Below are positions 48,909-58,835 of a DNA stretch of 64,000 nt, piece after piece; position 1 is the stretch's first letter; the number at the start of each line of letters is the position of its first letter. The notes beneath the pieces are model-generated. The model saw only the letters and a program-made list of their open reading frames with translations, searched no databases and had not been told where the DNA came from. The stretch is from Sphingomonas sp. (GTDB lineage Bacteria > Pseudomonadota > Alphaproteobacteria > Sphingomonadales > Sphingomonadaceae), in contig NZ_JBAZTL010000009.1 of NCBI RefSeq assembly GCF_041661885.1, positions 3,381 through 67,380 of the forward strand, given 5' to 3'. Both the position numbers and the translations under genes were made by a program.

Positions 48909-50204
48909 ATGATGAATGTCAGCCAGGCAGCAAATCTCGGCAAAGCAACGATCAGCCGAAAATCGATCATCGGCAACAGCCTGATTCAGGTGTCTGTGGC
49001 GCTTGTACTGGCCTTTTCGGTGCCGACCGCCTTGTTCTGGCTCAGCGGGTGGATCCTGCTCGAGGACGCGCGAATCAACGTTTATATCGGCATTGCCGCT
49101 GCGGTGATCGTTGGCCATTATTTCTTCCGGCGCTTGATCGCCTTTCCCGGTGCGCGCAGCTCATCCTATGTCATGCCGATTTTCAGCACGACCTTTCTGT
49201 GCGTCGTGACGGGCTTCTTTTTCCTGCGCGTCGATTACAACCGCACCTTCATCGTCGCGGCTTATGCCTCGGGTGTGACGTGGTATTTTGCCTGCCATTT
49301 CATCGGTTCACGGGCGCGCCAGCGACGGCTCGCGGTGGTGCCGCTGGGCAAGGCACGCAAGGTCAACCGCATTCCCAACATCGATTGGATGTGGCTGCAC
49401 GATAGCGCGCATATGCTGCCCGAATGCGATGGCATCGTCGTGGATTTGCACGCCAACCTGCCCGATCAATGGGAGCGTTTCATCGCGGAGCAGGCGATTT
49501 CCGGCACGCCGGTCTATCACGTCAAACAGATCGAAGAATCGGTGACCGGGCGCGTCGATATCGAGCATCTGTCGGAAAACAGCTTCGGTTCGCTGATCCC
49601 GGGGCTTGCCTATATCAAGATCAAACAGTGGATTGACGTCAGCGCGGCGCTTGTCGCGGGCGTCATTCTGTTGCCGGCGCTCATTCTGATCGCCCTCGCG
49701 GTCAAACTCGATTCGCCCGGCCCCGCTTTCTTTTGGCAGCGGCGCGTGGGCTATCGGGCCTATCCCTTCCCGATCTTCAAATTTCGCACGATGCATCACC
49801 GCCCGGTCGAAAGCCATGACGCGCGGCACAGCGCGATCACGCGCGACGGGGACGATCGCATCACAGGTCTGGGCCGTTTTCTCCGCCGCAGCCGCATCGA
49901 CGAACTGCCGCAGATTCTGAACATCCTGCGCGGCGAAATGAGCTGGATCGGCCCGCGCCCGGAAGCCTGCGCCCTGTCCGAATGGTATGAGGCGGAGATC
50001 CCCTTCTATCGCTATCGTCACATCGTCCGGCCCGGCATCACCGGGTGGGCGCAAGTCAATCAGGGGCATGTCGCGACCGTCGAAGACGTCAACGACAAGC
50101 TGCAATATGACTTTTATTACATCAAATATTTTTCGCCCTGGCTCGATATGCTGATCGTTTTTCGCACGATCCGCACGATGCTGACCGGCTTCGGATCGAA
50201 ATAA
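48909..50204 (+). CDS. Priming polyprenyl-phosphate glycosylphosphotransferase (WcaJ/WbaP type)
   Basis: 4 N-terminal TMs, KFRTM, RIDELPQILNILRGEMSWIGPRP, PGITGWAQV, D.YYI. Confidence 0.92.
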   Translation: MMNVSQAANLGKATISRKSIIGNSLIQVSVALVLAFSVPTALFWLSGWILLEDARINVYIGIAAAVIVGHYFFRRLIAFPGARSSSYVMPIFSTTFLCVVTGFFFLRVDYNRTFIVAAYASGVTWYFACHFIGSRARQRRLAVVPLGKARKVNRIPNIDWMWLHDSAHMLPECDGIVVDLHANLPDQWERFIAEQAISGTPVYHVKQIEESVTGRVDIEHLSENSFGSLIPGLAYIKIKQWIDVSAALVAGVILLPALILIALAVKLDSPGPAFFWQRRVGYRAYPFPIFKFRTMHHRPVESHDARHSAITRDGDDRITGLGRFLRRSRIDELPQILNILRGEMSWIGPRPEACALSEWYEAEIPFYRYRHIVRPGITGWAQVNQGHVATVEDVNDKLQYDFYYIKYFSPWLDMLIVFRTIRTMLTGFGSK

Positions 50205-50216
50205 AGCAGCCGAGGC

Positions 50217-51455
50217 TTACTTGGTGGGCAATTCCCGAAACAGGGCGTCCCATCGGGTGAACGCAGCGCCACGCCCATAATCGCGTTCCAGCACGCCCCG
50301 CGCGCGCGCGCCCATTGCGTCACTTTTACTCGCGTCCGCTGCCAGTGCCACAATCGCCTCGGCCAGCCCGGCACAATCGCCAGGTTCCACCACCACCCCG
50401 CATTTTTCGCGCGTTACGATTCGCGCAATCTCGCCATCGGGGTCGGTGATGGCGATCACGGGGCGGCCGGCCGCGGCGATACCGTAGAATTTGCTCGGCA
50501 CGATCAGCCCCTCCAACGCAGGGCGCAGCGACAGCCAATGCACGTCAGCCACCGCGAGGGACTGGCCTAGCTGCGCCCGCGGTTGATACGGTCGGAACTG
50601 AAAACGATCCGCCAAGCCCGCCGCAGCGACGCGCTCGGCCAGCCGGGTGCTCTCATGCCCGCTGCCGATCATCAGAAAAACGATATCGGCGCGCTCACGC
50701 AACAAGGCCGCCGCGCCGAGGATGGTTTCTGGTTCGTGCGCGCGGCCCAAATTGCCCGAATAGCCAATCACGAAGGCCTCGCTCAGCCCCCACTCCTTAC
50801 GCAAGCTGGCCTGCTCACGGGGAATGGGGCGGACCGCACTCTCGTCGCTCCAATTGGGCATCACCGCCACCCTTGCCGACGCGACGCCCTCGGCCCGCAA
50901 ACGCTCCGCCATCCGCTCGCCGATCGCGACGTTCATCACGGCGGCCCGCAGCGAAATGTTGCGCAGCACGCGCAAGGCCGTTCCAACCGGGCCGCGCAAA
51001 GCCTCCACGCCCAGTTCGACGGCGACCTCGGGGTAAAGGTCCTGCAGCCAGTTGACCAGCCGCGCCCCGCGCAGCTTTGCCGCAACCACTACCATCACCG
51101 AAACCAGCGGCGGGTCGGTTTTGGCAACGACCAAATCCCCGCGCCGCGCTGTGGCGAGCAACGCAAAAAACGCGCTGCCGTAAAACGACAGGTAATCGAG
51201 CAAGCGACCAGCCAGCCCTGCCCGCCCGAAATGCGTCGTCGCCACACGACGGATGGTAACGCCGTGATGAACTTCGGCGGGGGCCAGGCTGGCAGAAGGT
51301 TCGTCATAGCGCAAACGGCTGGTGACGATCGTAACATCCCATCCAAGCACCGCCAGCGCTTCGGCGAGATCGGTCAGAATCTGCGCCGTGGCGCTATGGT
51401 CGGGATGGTAGAAGCGGTTGACGAAGACGATGCGGCGCGACGGCTGGGTCATCAT
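50217..51455 (-). CDS. Glycosyltransferase family 4 (WcaI/WbuB-like)
   Basis: NRFYHPD, WLQDLYPE, YSGNLGRAH, PSKFYGIAAAGRP. Confidence 0.9.
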   Translation of the reverse strand: MMTQPSRRIVFVNRFYHPDHSATAQILTDLAEALAVLGWDVTIVTSRLRYDEPSASLAPAEVHHGVTIRRVATTHFGRAGLAGRLLDYLSFYGSAFFALLATARRGDLVVAKTDPPLVSVMVVVAAKLRGARLVNWLQDLYPEVAVELGVEALRGPVGTALRVLRNISLRAAVMNVAIGERMAERLRAEGVASARVAVMPNWSDESAVRPIPREQASLRKEWGLSEAFVIGYSGNLGRAHEPETILGAAALLRERADIVFLMIGSGHESTRLAERVAAAGLADRFQFRPYQPRAQLGQSLAVADVHWLSLRPALEGLIVPSKFYGIAAAGRPVIAITDPDGEIARIVTREKCGVVVEPGDCAGLAEAIVALAADASKSDAMGARARGVLERDYGRGAAFTRWDALFRELPTK

Positions 51456-52648
51456 CCCTCCCGGTGCGCGTGGCTGCGCGGCGGCGTAGCCGGGGCGCCG
51501 AAGCGCAGATGCTGCTCGATCCAGCGGCGGACGATTGGCGTGTTCCGCTCGAACAACCACCATATGCTGCCCGCATAGGCCAGCACACCCACCAGGATAA
51601 GCGCGAGCATCGCGAACGACGACGCGCTGGGGGCCCATTGGACCGGCGCGAAGAACACGAAATAAATCCAGGCGAGCAGCGGAAAGTGGACGAGGTAGAG
51701 CGTGTAGGACATTTCCGACAAGGCGAACCCGGCCTTGCGATACCAGCCGAATCCCGTCCGCCCCCGCGCCAGCCACGGCAACGTCGCCGCGAACAAGGCA
51801 CCGATGATGAAATCGTCAAATTGCCCAGGATAGGCCCGGCTATAGACCAGGAACGCGGCCAGCACCGCCAACCCGGCCAGTCCAGCCCAGCCCCGCGCCA
51901 TAATCCCTGCCAATGCGGGATGATCGACCAACACGAACGCCGCGACACCGAACAACCAGACAATCCCGAGAAGAACAATTTCACGTGGGAGCACGATCAT
52001 CACCCCGGTCGCAAGCAGCGCCCCGGCAACCCGCCGACGCCAGGATCCGCCGCCAAGTGCGAGCGGTGCCGCAAGCGGGAACAGGATATAATACCAAAAT
52101 TCGTTGGCCAGGCTCCAAAGCGGCCCGTTCGATCCAAAGGAAGGCACCAGGATCGTTTGCAAAAAAGCGATATTGCCAAGACCCGTCGACAGCGAAAGAT
52201 CGTAATCCGTGGCCGGCCCACTCGCCAATTGCGTGTGATACAAGCCGGTATAAGCGGCCGGATTGATCTGTGCGCCCCACACATCCCAAAAGACGGTCAA
52301 CGTCAACGCGGGGACGATCACGATCCAGAGGCGGCAAAGCCTCCGCAGCAAATAGGGGCCCCAGAGAAACCGACCGCCCCGACATTGGCGTACAACGCTG
52401 CCACCAACCAGAAAACCGCTCAAAACGAAGAACACCATCACCGCCTGGTGATGCAGCCCTGACAGCAGGTAGATACCCTTGATCGCCAGGCTATGGCTCG
52501 TTTGCGCGTAATCGACCATGAAGAAGGCGCGCATATGCCCCAGCACAACCGCAACCGCTGCGAGGCCACGGATCATGTCGAGATGTTCCATGCGACCATC
52601 AGCAACAGCATGGCCTGACGTGCCTCGCGCCGTGGGGATCACCGCCAT
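51452..52648 (-). CDS. Membrane O-acyltransferase (Acyl_transf_3 only)
   Basis: LDMIRGLAA, FFVLSGFL, NGPLWSLANEFWYY, SYTLYLVHFP; start may be 52591. Confidence 0.88.
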   Translation of the reverse strand: MAVIPTARGTSGHAVADGRMEHLDMIRGLAAVAVVLGHMRAFFMVDYAQTSHSLAIKGIYLLSGLHHQAVMVFFVLSGFLVGGSVVRQCRGGRFLWGPYLLRRLCRLWIVIVPALTLTVFWDVWGAQINPAAYTGLYHTQLASGPATDYDLSLSTGLGNIAFLQTILVPSFGSNGPLWSLANEFWYYILFPLAAPLALGGGSWRRRVAGALLATGVMIVLPREIVLLGIVWLFGVAAFVLVDHPALAGIMARGWAGLAGLAVLAAFLVYSRAYPGQFDDFIIGALFAATLPWLARGRTGFGWYRKAGFALSEMSYTLYLVHFPLLAWIYFVFFAPVQWAPSASSFAMLALILVGVLAYAGSIWWLFERNTPIVRRWIEQHLRFGAPATPPRSHAHREG

Positions 52649-52906
52649 TTTGCCGCAGGGTGATAAGCAGCGAGCGAGTTCACGCACGGTTCCAAGCTTG
52701 AAGTGGCGGCACCGACATTCCGGACATCGTACGCTCCTGACGCGCCGGGCTGTGACACATCGCCTTGGTCGCTGGCAAATCCAAAAAAAGCTCTCCGATC
52801 GCGGGCGTTCTCCTTTTTGAGGCGGGCAAAATAAAGTGTTCGGTTGACCGTTTGTGGACTATGCGCAACGGCCAGCCTGTTACCGTCGACCATATAAGGG
52901 GGAAAA

Positions 52907-53866
52907 ATGGCGCGCTCTTACGATTCTACCAAACGCATTCTGGTAACCGGTGGTGCCGGGTTCGTCGGCTCGCATCTGATCGATTATCTTCTGGGTCAGG
53001 GCCATGACGTGTTGTGCGTGGACAATCTGTTCACCGGGTCCAAGCGCAACATCGCGCACCTGCACAACCACCCGCGCCTGGAATTCCTGCGCCACGACGT
53101 GTGCTTTCCGCTCTATGTGGAAGTCGACGAAATCTACAACATGGCTTGCCCGGCCTCCCCGGTGCATTACCAATATGATCCGGTGCAGACGACCAAAACG
53201 TCGGTGCATGGCGCGATCAACATGCTCGGTCTGGCCAAGCGCCTGAAAGCGCGCATCCTGCAGGCTTCGACCAGCGAAGTGTATGGCGATCCGTCGGTGC
53301 ATCCGCAGACCGAAGACTATTGGGGCAACGTGAACCCGATCGGCATTCGCTCGTGTTATGACGAGGGCAAGCGCTGCGCGGAAACGCTGTTCTTCGATTA
53401 TCACCGCCAACACGGTGTCGAGATCAAGGTTGCGCGCATCTTCAATACCTATGGTCCGCGTATGCACCCCTCCGATGGGCGCGTGGTTTCCAACTTTATC
53501 GTCCAGGCGCTCGCCGGCGAGCCGATCACGATTTACGGCAATGGCGCGCAGACGCGCTCCTTCTGCTATGTCGAGGATCTGGTGCGCGGGCTGGTCGCGT
53601 TGATGGAAAGTCCGGCTGAGGTGACCGGTCCGGTCAATCTCGGCAATCCGGTCGAATTTACCATCCGTCAGTTGGCCGAACAGGTGCTGGAGCTGACCAA
53701 TTCGAAGTCCGAGCTGATCGAACTGCCTTTGCCGCAGGACGATCCGCGCCAGCGGCAACCCAATATTACCCAGGCAAAGACCAAGCTCGGCTGGGAACCG
53801 AAATTTCCGCTCGCGCAGGGGCTGCCCGCGACCATCGAGTATTTCGCGGCGTTGATGAACAAATGA
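52907..53866 (+). CDS. UDP-glucuronate decarboxylase (UDP-xylose synthase)-like SDR
   Basis: [48 protein letters not shown]. Confidence 0.88.
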   Translation: MARSYDSTKRILVTGGAGFVGSHLIDYLLGQGHDVLCVDNLFTGSKRNIAHLHNHPRLEFLRHDVCFPLYVEVDEIYNMACPASPVHYQYDPVQTTKTSVHGAINMLGLAKRLKARILQASTSEVYGDPSVHPQTEDYWGNVNPIGIRSCYDEGKRCAETLFFDYHRQHGVEIKVARIFNTYGPRMHPSDGRVVSNFIVQALAGEPITIYGNGAQTRSFCYVEDLVRGLVALMESPAEVTGPVNLGNPVEFTIRQLAEQVLELTNSKSELIELPLPQDDPRQRQPNITQAKTKLGWEPKFPLAQGLPATIEYFAALMNK

Positions 53867-53954
53867 CGTTTCGCCGCCGTGCGTCCAAGGGGCGCACGGC
53901 GGTATGTCTCACGATCACGCGGTGCGTCGAGCGCCCGGCAACGCAGGCGTTACT

Positions 53955-55343
53955 TCAGACGTCGGCCTGAATCATCTTGCCACGTCCCGATCGCCCACCT
54001 TCCGAGAAGGGTTGTGCGGTTACGGTCGCCAACGGCCGCGCAACCATCGCGCAGCACGCCGCGAACAACGTCGCAATTGCGGCGGTCCGCATCGGATAAT
54101 CCATCAGACTGTGCGCCATGACCAGCGCCGACGCGATGCTCGCTGCTCGTGCAAAGCGCGCGCGCGGCCCGCCATCACGCCAGGCGAAAAATGTCTGCCG
54201 CGCCCACCAAACCAGGAACAGCACGACAAGCACCGCCCCTGCCACGCCCGTTTCGAGCAGGAATTCGAGATAGTCGCTATGCGCGTGGTTGACGTAAACG
54301 GCGGTCGCCAGACCATTCGGCGCGAAACCAGGATAAACGAGCAGGAACGACCCAAGCCCCGAACCAGTCGGCGCGAACGCCCTGACTGCATTCCACGTCG
54401 TTTTATAGATGTCCGGACGCGAGCCGGTGCCAACGCCAAGATCGGTTTGGCCGAATCCATTCAAAAGCGGGCTGTAAAAGGCGATCACCACGAACAACGC
54501 CAAGGCGGCCACCACGACCCCGACCACAACCGGCAAGGCGATGCCCGCCCGTTCGGTCCGCAGCAACACAAAGCAGCCAATCAGCGAAGGCACCAGCAAC
54601 AGGATGCCGGCGACCGACCCATCGGCCACGACGCCCAAAATGATAAATCCGGTCAGGCAGGCAAGCGCCGCAAATTTCCCGGCATTGTGGGTCAACTCCT
54701 GCCGCCGCCCATCATCGCGCCCCGACAGGGCCACCACAAAGGGCAAGGCCATTACGCCCAGGGTCGCCATGTGGTTGCTGTTGGCAAACCACCCGACCAG
54801 TTGATCGCGATTGGTGTAGTGATAAAAATAAAAGGGTGATTGCTGCCCGCCCGCAAGCTGTACGAACCCCACCAGGAACCCCGCTGCAGTCAAGATCACG
54901 AGAGTCCACGCAAAAACCTTCAAACTCTCCACACCGCCAAAGGCAAGCAGCACGATGATCGTCAGCGGTGGGAGCAAAGCAACCAACGCTGATACCGTCG
55001 CCGCCGGCCACAAGGAAACCGGCAACCACGGCAGCGGCGCTTTCATCAGCGCGAACCCATGAACAATATCCGCCCGACCGCCGAGATGCGTCCAAACTGC
55101 GGGCGGCAGCGGAATGAGCTGGACAAGCCCCACCAGCAACAACGCGACACCGAACAGAATCAGGTGCCGCTCGCTGCGCACGATCTTTAGCGTCCGCCCC
55201 GAAGCGAACACTATGACCATCAGACCGACACCAAGCAGTTGCAACGCCATAGTGGCGAGAACCCCTGCGTTGCTCGCCCCGCCCAAAAGCAGGCACAGCG
55301 CGAGATACGCGCTCGGCAAAATTTCACGCACGCGCGGCATCAT
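53955..55343 (-). CDS. O-antigen ligase family (WaaL/Wzy_C) membrane protein
   Basis: About 12 TMs, FANSNH, GSGLGSF, NHAHSDYLE motif. Confidence 0.85.
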   Translation of the reverse strand: MMPRVREILPSAYLALCLLLGGASNAGVLATMALQLLGVGLMVIVFASGRTLKIVRSERHLILFGVALLLVGLVQLIPLPPAVWTHLGGRADIVHGFALMKAPLPWLPVSLWPAATVSALVALLPPLTIIVLLAFGGVESLKVFAWTLVILTAAGFLVGFVQLAGGQQSPFYFYHYTNRDQLVGWFANSNHMATLGVMALPFVVALSGRDDGRRQELTHNAGKFAALACLTGFIILGVVADGSVAGILLLVPSLIGCFVLLRTERAGIALPVVVGVVVAALALFVVIAFYSPLLNGFGQTDLGVGTGSRPDIYKTTWNAVRAFAPTGSGLGSFLLVYPGFAPNGLATAVYVNHAHSDYLEFLLETGVAGAVLVVLFLVWWARQTFFAWRDGGPRARFARAASIASALVMAHSLMDYPMRTAAIATLFAACCAMVARPLATVTAQPFSEGGRSGRGKMIQADV

Positions 55344-56521
55344 CGTCCCCCGTCACTTCGCGTGATCGACACCGCTTTGATCTGTACGTCAGCCGATGCG
55401 GGATATTCGGACGGCGTCCCGTCGAGGCTAAGCTTTTGTGCTGGGCAATTGGCCGGCACCGTAAACATCACGCCATGCGCCTGCGACGCGGGGGCCACGG
55501 GGATATCGACGCGTCCCAACGTCGCCGCCGTACCGCCAATGCAGGAAATGCTCCACGCCACGTGATTGGCATCGCGATCGCTGGCATTGGTCGAGCGCGC
55601 GACGAATTTGAAACGGCCCCGCGGTAGTGTCAGCGTCTGCTCCAGCAAATGCACGGTGCCATCGCCATAATAGGAAATCTGGACGCCGCCCTCTTTCAGG
55701 AAATCGACCGACGCCATGTCGGATGAGGACAGATTCCAGTTGAACGGCAGCGCACCGGGCAACTGCCGAAAATTGCTGTCGTAAACATACCCGACCGCGC
55801 CAAGCGCCGATTGCGGCAGCGACGATACCCAGGCGAGATAGGCCGCATCATATTGCTGGCGCGCGACCAGCGATGCCACCAGCCCCGATTTACCCACCTC
55901 GCTCGCGTCCTCGCGCGCACTCGTGCCGCCCAGCAGGCGAAACACGAATGCGGGATCGCCACCGGGCTGCATCATGCCATCGGCAACGCCCTGCAGCCAG
56001 ATTGGCTTGCGCGCAGCAAACGCCTCGAACGCGGGTTGCGCTTGCGGAATTTTGGCCAGCGCGACCATCAACGGCGTAATTGCCGGGCGAGCAGATTCTC
56101 CAACAGCGAACAACCAGTCGAACTGACGAACCGCTTCGGGATAGCGCCCCTCCCGCACGGCATCGTTCGCCAGCCACAAGCGCGCCTCAAACAATTGCGG
56201 ATCGCGGCGCACCGCTTCGCGAACCAGGGCCCTGGCCCCCGCCGCGTTTCCGGCCTTGGCCTGCCGCTCCCCCTCCTCGAACAGCGGGAAACCTGCAAGC
56301 GGAGCACTCGCGAGCTGATCGGCCGGCGTCGCCGCTTTATGCAACAGCTTCGGCAACGGGCCGAGCACGTCGCCCGCATAATGCGGGAAATGCCCCGCGC
56401 GGCCATAATCGAAAGCGGCCGACTCGACGACGACCGCCGCCACCGCCAATCCCAGCCCAATCGCGGTCAGGCGCCGGACGGTGCTTACCCGAGGTTTACC
56501 CTGGTGGCGGGACGGTGCCAT
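55340..56521 (-). CDS. Membrane-anchored TPR-like protein with C-terminal beta-sandwich
   Basis: N-terminal TM, helical repeats (AVRRDPQ..ARLWL), beta-rich C-terminus (PFNW, WSISC). Confidence 0.7.
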   Translation of the reverse strand: MAPSRHQGKPRVSTVRRLTAIGLGLAVAAVVVESAAFDYGRAGHFPHYAGDVLGPLPKLLHKAATPADQLASAPLAGFPLFEEGERQAKAGNAAGARALVREAVRRDPQLFEARLWLANDAVREGRYPEAVRQFDWLFAVGESARPAITPLMVALAKIPQAQPAFEAFAARKPIWLQGVADGMMQPGGDPAFVFRLLGGTSAREDASEVGKSGLVASLVARQQYDAAYLAWVSSLPQSALGAVGYVYDSNFRQLPGALPFNWNLSSSDMASVDFLKEGGVQISYYGDGTVHLLEQTLTLPRGRFKFVARSTNASDRDANHVAWSISCIGGTAATLGRVDIPVAPASQAHGVMFTVPANCPAQKLSLDGTPSEYPASADVQIKAVSITRSDGGR

Positions 56522-56522
56522 C

Positions 56523-58796
56523 TTACCCTACCAGCTCGATCCTGCGCTTGCTGTTGCCGGTGTCGTCTTCGCCGCCATAGCTATAGGCCTTATTGCCGTA
56601 CCCATAGCCATAGCCATAACCGTAGCCATAGCCATAGCCATAGCCCGTGCTCTTCGCGTTGACCTTGGTCAGAATCGCACCAATCACCACTCCGCCCGAA
56701 CCACGCAAGCGCTCGACCGCGCTGACCATCGCCGGACGCCGCACTGCGGACGCTTGAATAATGAAGACCGTCGCCTGACACATCGAACTCAACAACGGCG
56801 TGTCGGCCAGGCCGAGCACCGGTGGTGCATCGACAATCACCACATCAAATTCCGCCTCGCACTCGGCAATGATGTCGCGCATTCTGCTACTCGACAGAAG
56901 TTCGGCCGGGTTTGGCGGGACGTGTCCGCCCGGCATCAACCACAAATTGGGGAAGCGGGTACCGACGACATGCGCGCGCAATTTGGTATCGGATGTGAGC
57001 AAATTCGCCAGTCCGACGATATCGGCACCTTCCTCCGGCGTAATGCGGAAGGTCGGCTTGCGCATATCGGCATCGATCAACAGCACGGACATGCCGCGCC
57101 GCGCGAAATTGTTGGCAATCGCAAAGGCCGAGCTCGATTTGCCTTCCGCCGCGCGCGAACTCGCCATCACGATCGACTTCGGCACGCCATGCGCGGTTGC
57201 GAATTCGATCGCGGTACAGGCCGAGAAATAAGCCTCCGACACCGCTCCCTTGGGGTCCGAAATCGCCTCGTAGAGTGAGACACCCTTGCTGGCCGATGGA
57301 ATCGCGCCGAGCGGCGTGATGTTGATCTTCTTGCGAATGTCGTCGGGCGACTTGATCGTATCGTCGATAAATTCGACCAGAAAGGCAAGACCAATCCCGA
57401 GGGCCGCGCCAATCACCAACGCGAGCGCCAAATTCGTCGACAGGCGCGGGCTATAGGGTCCGCCGGGTGGGTCTGCCCGATCGACGATCGACGCGACGCT
57501 GGCACCAACACCGCTTGCTACGCCAATGCCCTTGTAGCGCTGAAGCAGCGCGTCATACAGGGTGCGGTTGGTATCCACCTCACGCTGCAAAATGTTGTAC
57601 TGAATACCGCGACCGCGCGTATCCAAAACCGACGATTTCAATTGCGCAACCTTGGCGCGCAACTCGTTCTCGCGCGATACCGCCGCCTGATATTCGGACT
57701 TCGCAGCCGATACCACGCCGCCGCGCTGACGCTGCAATTGTGCATCGATCGCGGTAATGTGCGAGCGCAATTGCTGCATCAACGGAAAATCGGGCTTATA
57801 GAGGCTCAGCTTCTGGTCATATTCCGACTGTGCCTTTGCCCGTTCCGCAACCAGGCCCTGAACCGTCGGGTCGCCGATAATTTGGGCGGTGTGGTCGTTG
57901 CTGGCGTTCTGCTTGTATTTCTCTTCCGCCAAAATGCGCGCGTTGATCGCCTCAGCCAACGAGGCGTTGATCGCCGTCAACGATGCGGTATCGAGGGAAG
58001 TACTGTCGGAGCTGGATCCCTTGCCTTCCCCGCCACCAATCTGAACCAGCCCCTGCGCCTGCGCATATTGCACGAGCGCACGCTCAGAAGCTTCTAGCGC
58101 GACTTTCGTGCTGCTGATCCGGTTGAGCAAAAATTTTCGCGCATTGGCCGTCGCATCATATTTCCGCTGCAAATCGGATGCGATGAAGCTGTCCGCAAAA
58201 CCGTTAACCACCATCGCCGCAGTGGCAGGATTACCGCTTTCGAAGCTGATCGTCACCAGGCGACTGCTGGCGACCGGCAGCACGCTGAACCCGCCAACCG
58301 CCGTACCGGTCGCAATTTTCTCCCGCGTGGCGGGGTCCGCACTTTGCGGAGCGAACGCCGGATTTTTAGCGAGGTTCAAGTCCCGAACCACCCGCTCCGC
58401 CAGCGATCGGCTGCGCAAAAGGCCAAATTGCGTGGTCAGAAATTGCGGGTCGCGCACCGCCATCGGCTGAATGCCGCTCCCCTCAATCAGCTCCGCCTGG
58501 GGTTGGGTGATTTCGAGCGATGCCATCGCGCGATACCGTGGCGGGGTCAGCAGGGTCAGCACCACCGCGACAATCCCGGCGGCAAGGACGCAAACCAGGA
58601 TCAGCCAGCGCCACCGATAAAGAACTCGAAAAATTTCGCGTGGATTGAAAGCCGCCTCGTGATGCTCGGGCACCGCGAATTCACCGGGGATCGCCCTACC
58701 ATTGGGAAACGCCACCGCTCCCGCCCCGGCGGACACCACTCGCTGTGGACCGCCTTGCGCTCGATCCGAATCAACTATTGTGTTCATGTGTTCCAT
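56523..58796 (-). CDS. wzc: Polysaccharide co-polymerase / tyrosine autokinase (GumC/Wzc)
   Basis: Two TMs flanking a coiled-coil periplasmic region; EGKS, LIDADMRKP, PPNPAELL, IVDAPP; C-terminal Tyr cluster. Confidence 0.93.
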   Translation of the reverse strand: MEHMNTIVDSDRAQGGPQRVVSAGAGAVAFPNGRAIPGEFAVPEHHEAAFNPREIFRVLYRWRWLILVCVLAAGIVAVVLTLLTPPRYRAMASLEITQPQAELIEGSGIQPMAVRDPQFLTTQFGLLRSRSLAERVVRDLNLAKNPAFAPQSADPATREKIATGTAVGGFSVLPVASSRLVTISFESGNPATAAMVVNGFADSFIASDLQRKYDATANARKFLLNRISSTKVALEASERALVQYAQAQGLVQIGGGEGKGSSSDSTSLDTASLTAINASLAEAINARILAEEKYKQNASNDHTAQIIGDPTVQGLVAERAKAQSEYDQKLSLYKPDFPLMQQLRSHITAIDAQLQRQRGGVVSAAKSEYQAAVSRENELRAKVAQLKSSVLDTRGRGIQYNILQREVDTNRTLYDALLQRYKGIGVASGVGASVASIVDRADPPGGPYSPRLSTNLALALVIGAALGIGLAFLVEFIDDTIKSPDDIRKKINITPLGAIPSASKGVSLYEAISDPKGAVSEAYFSACTAIEFATAHGVPKSIVMASSRAAEGKSSSAFAIANNFARRGMSVLLIDADMRKPTFRITPEEGADIVGLANLLTSDTKLRAHVVGTRFPNLWLMPGGHVPPNPAELLSSSRMRDIIAECEAEFDVVIVDAPPVLGLADTPLLSSMCQATVFIIQASAVRRPAMVSAVERLRGSGGVVIGAILTKVNAKSTGYGYGYGYGYGYGYGYGNKAYSYGGEDDTGNSKRRIELVG
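56595..56645 (-). repeat. Hexanucleotide repeat encoding (Gly-Tyr)8 of Wzc
   Basis: GGCTAT-based units with 3 variant units. Confidence 0.9.
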
Positions 58797-58835
58797 ACCC
58801 TTGCGATGCCGCCGCACCCCGCAGCGCGCATCACA

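Noticed and set aside
56595-56645. Tandem repeat as a CRISPR or non-coding VNTR
   Set aside because: No spacers or cas genes; it is the coding Tyr cluster of Wzc.
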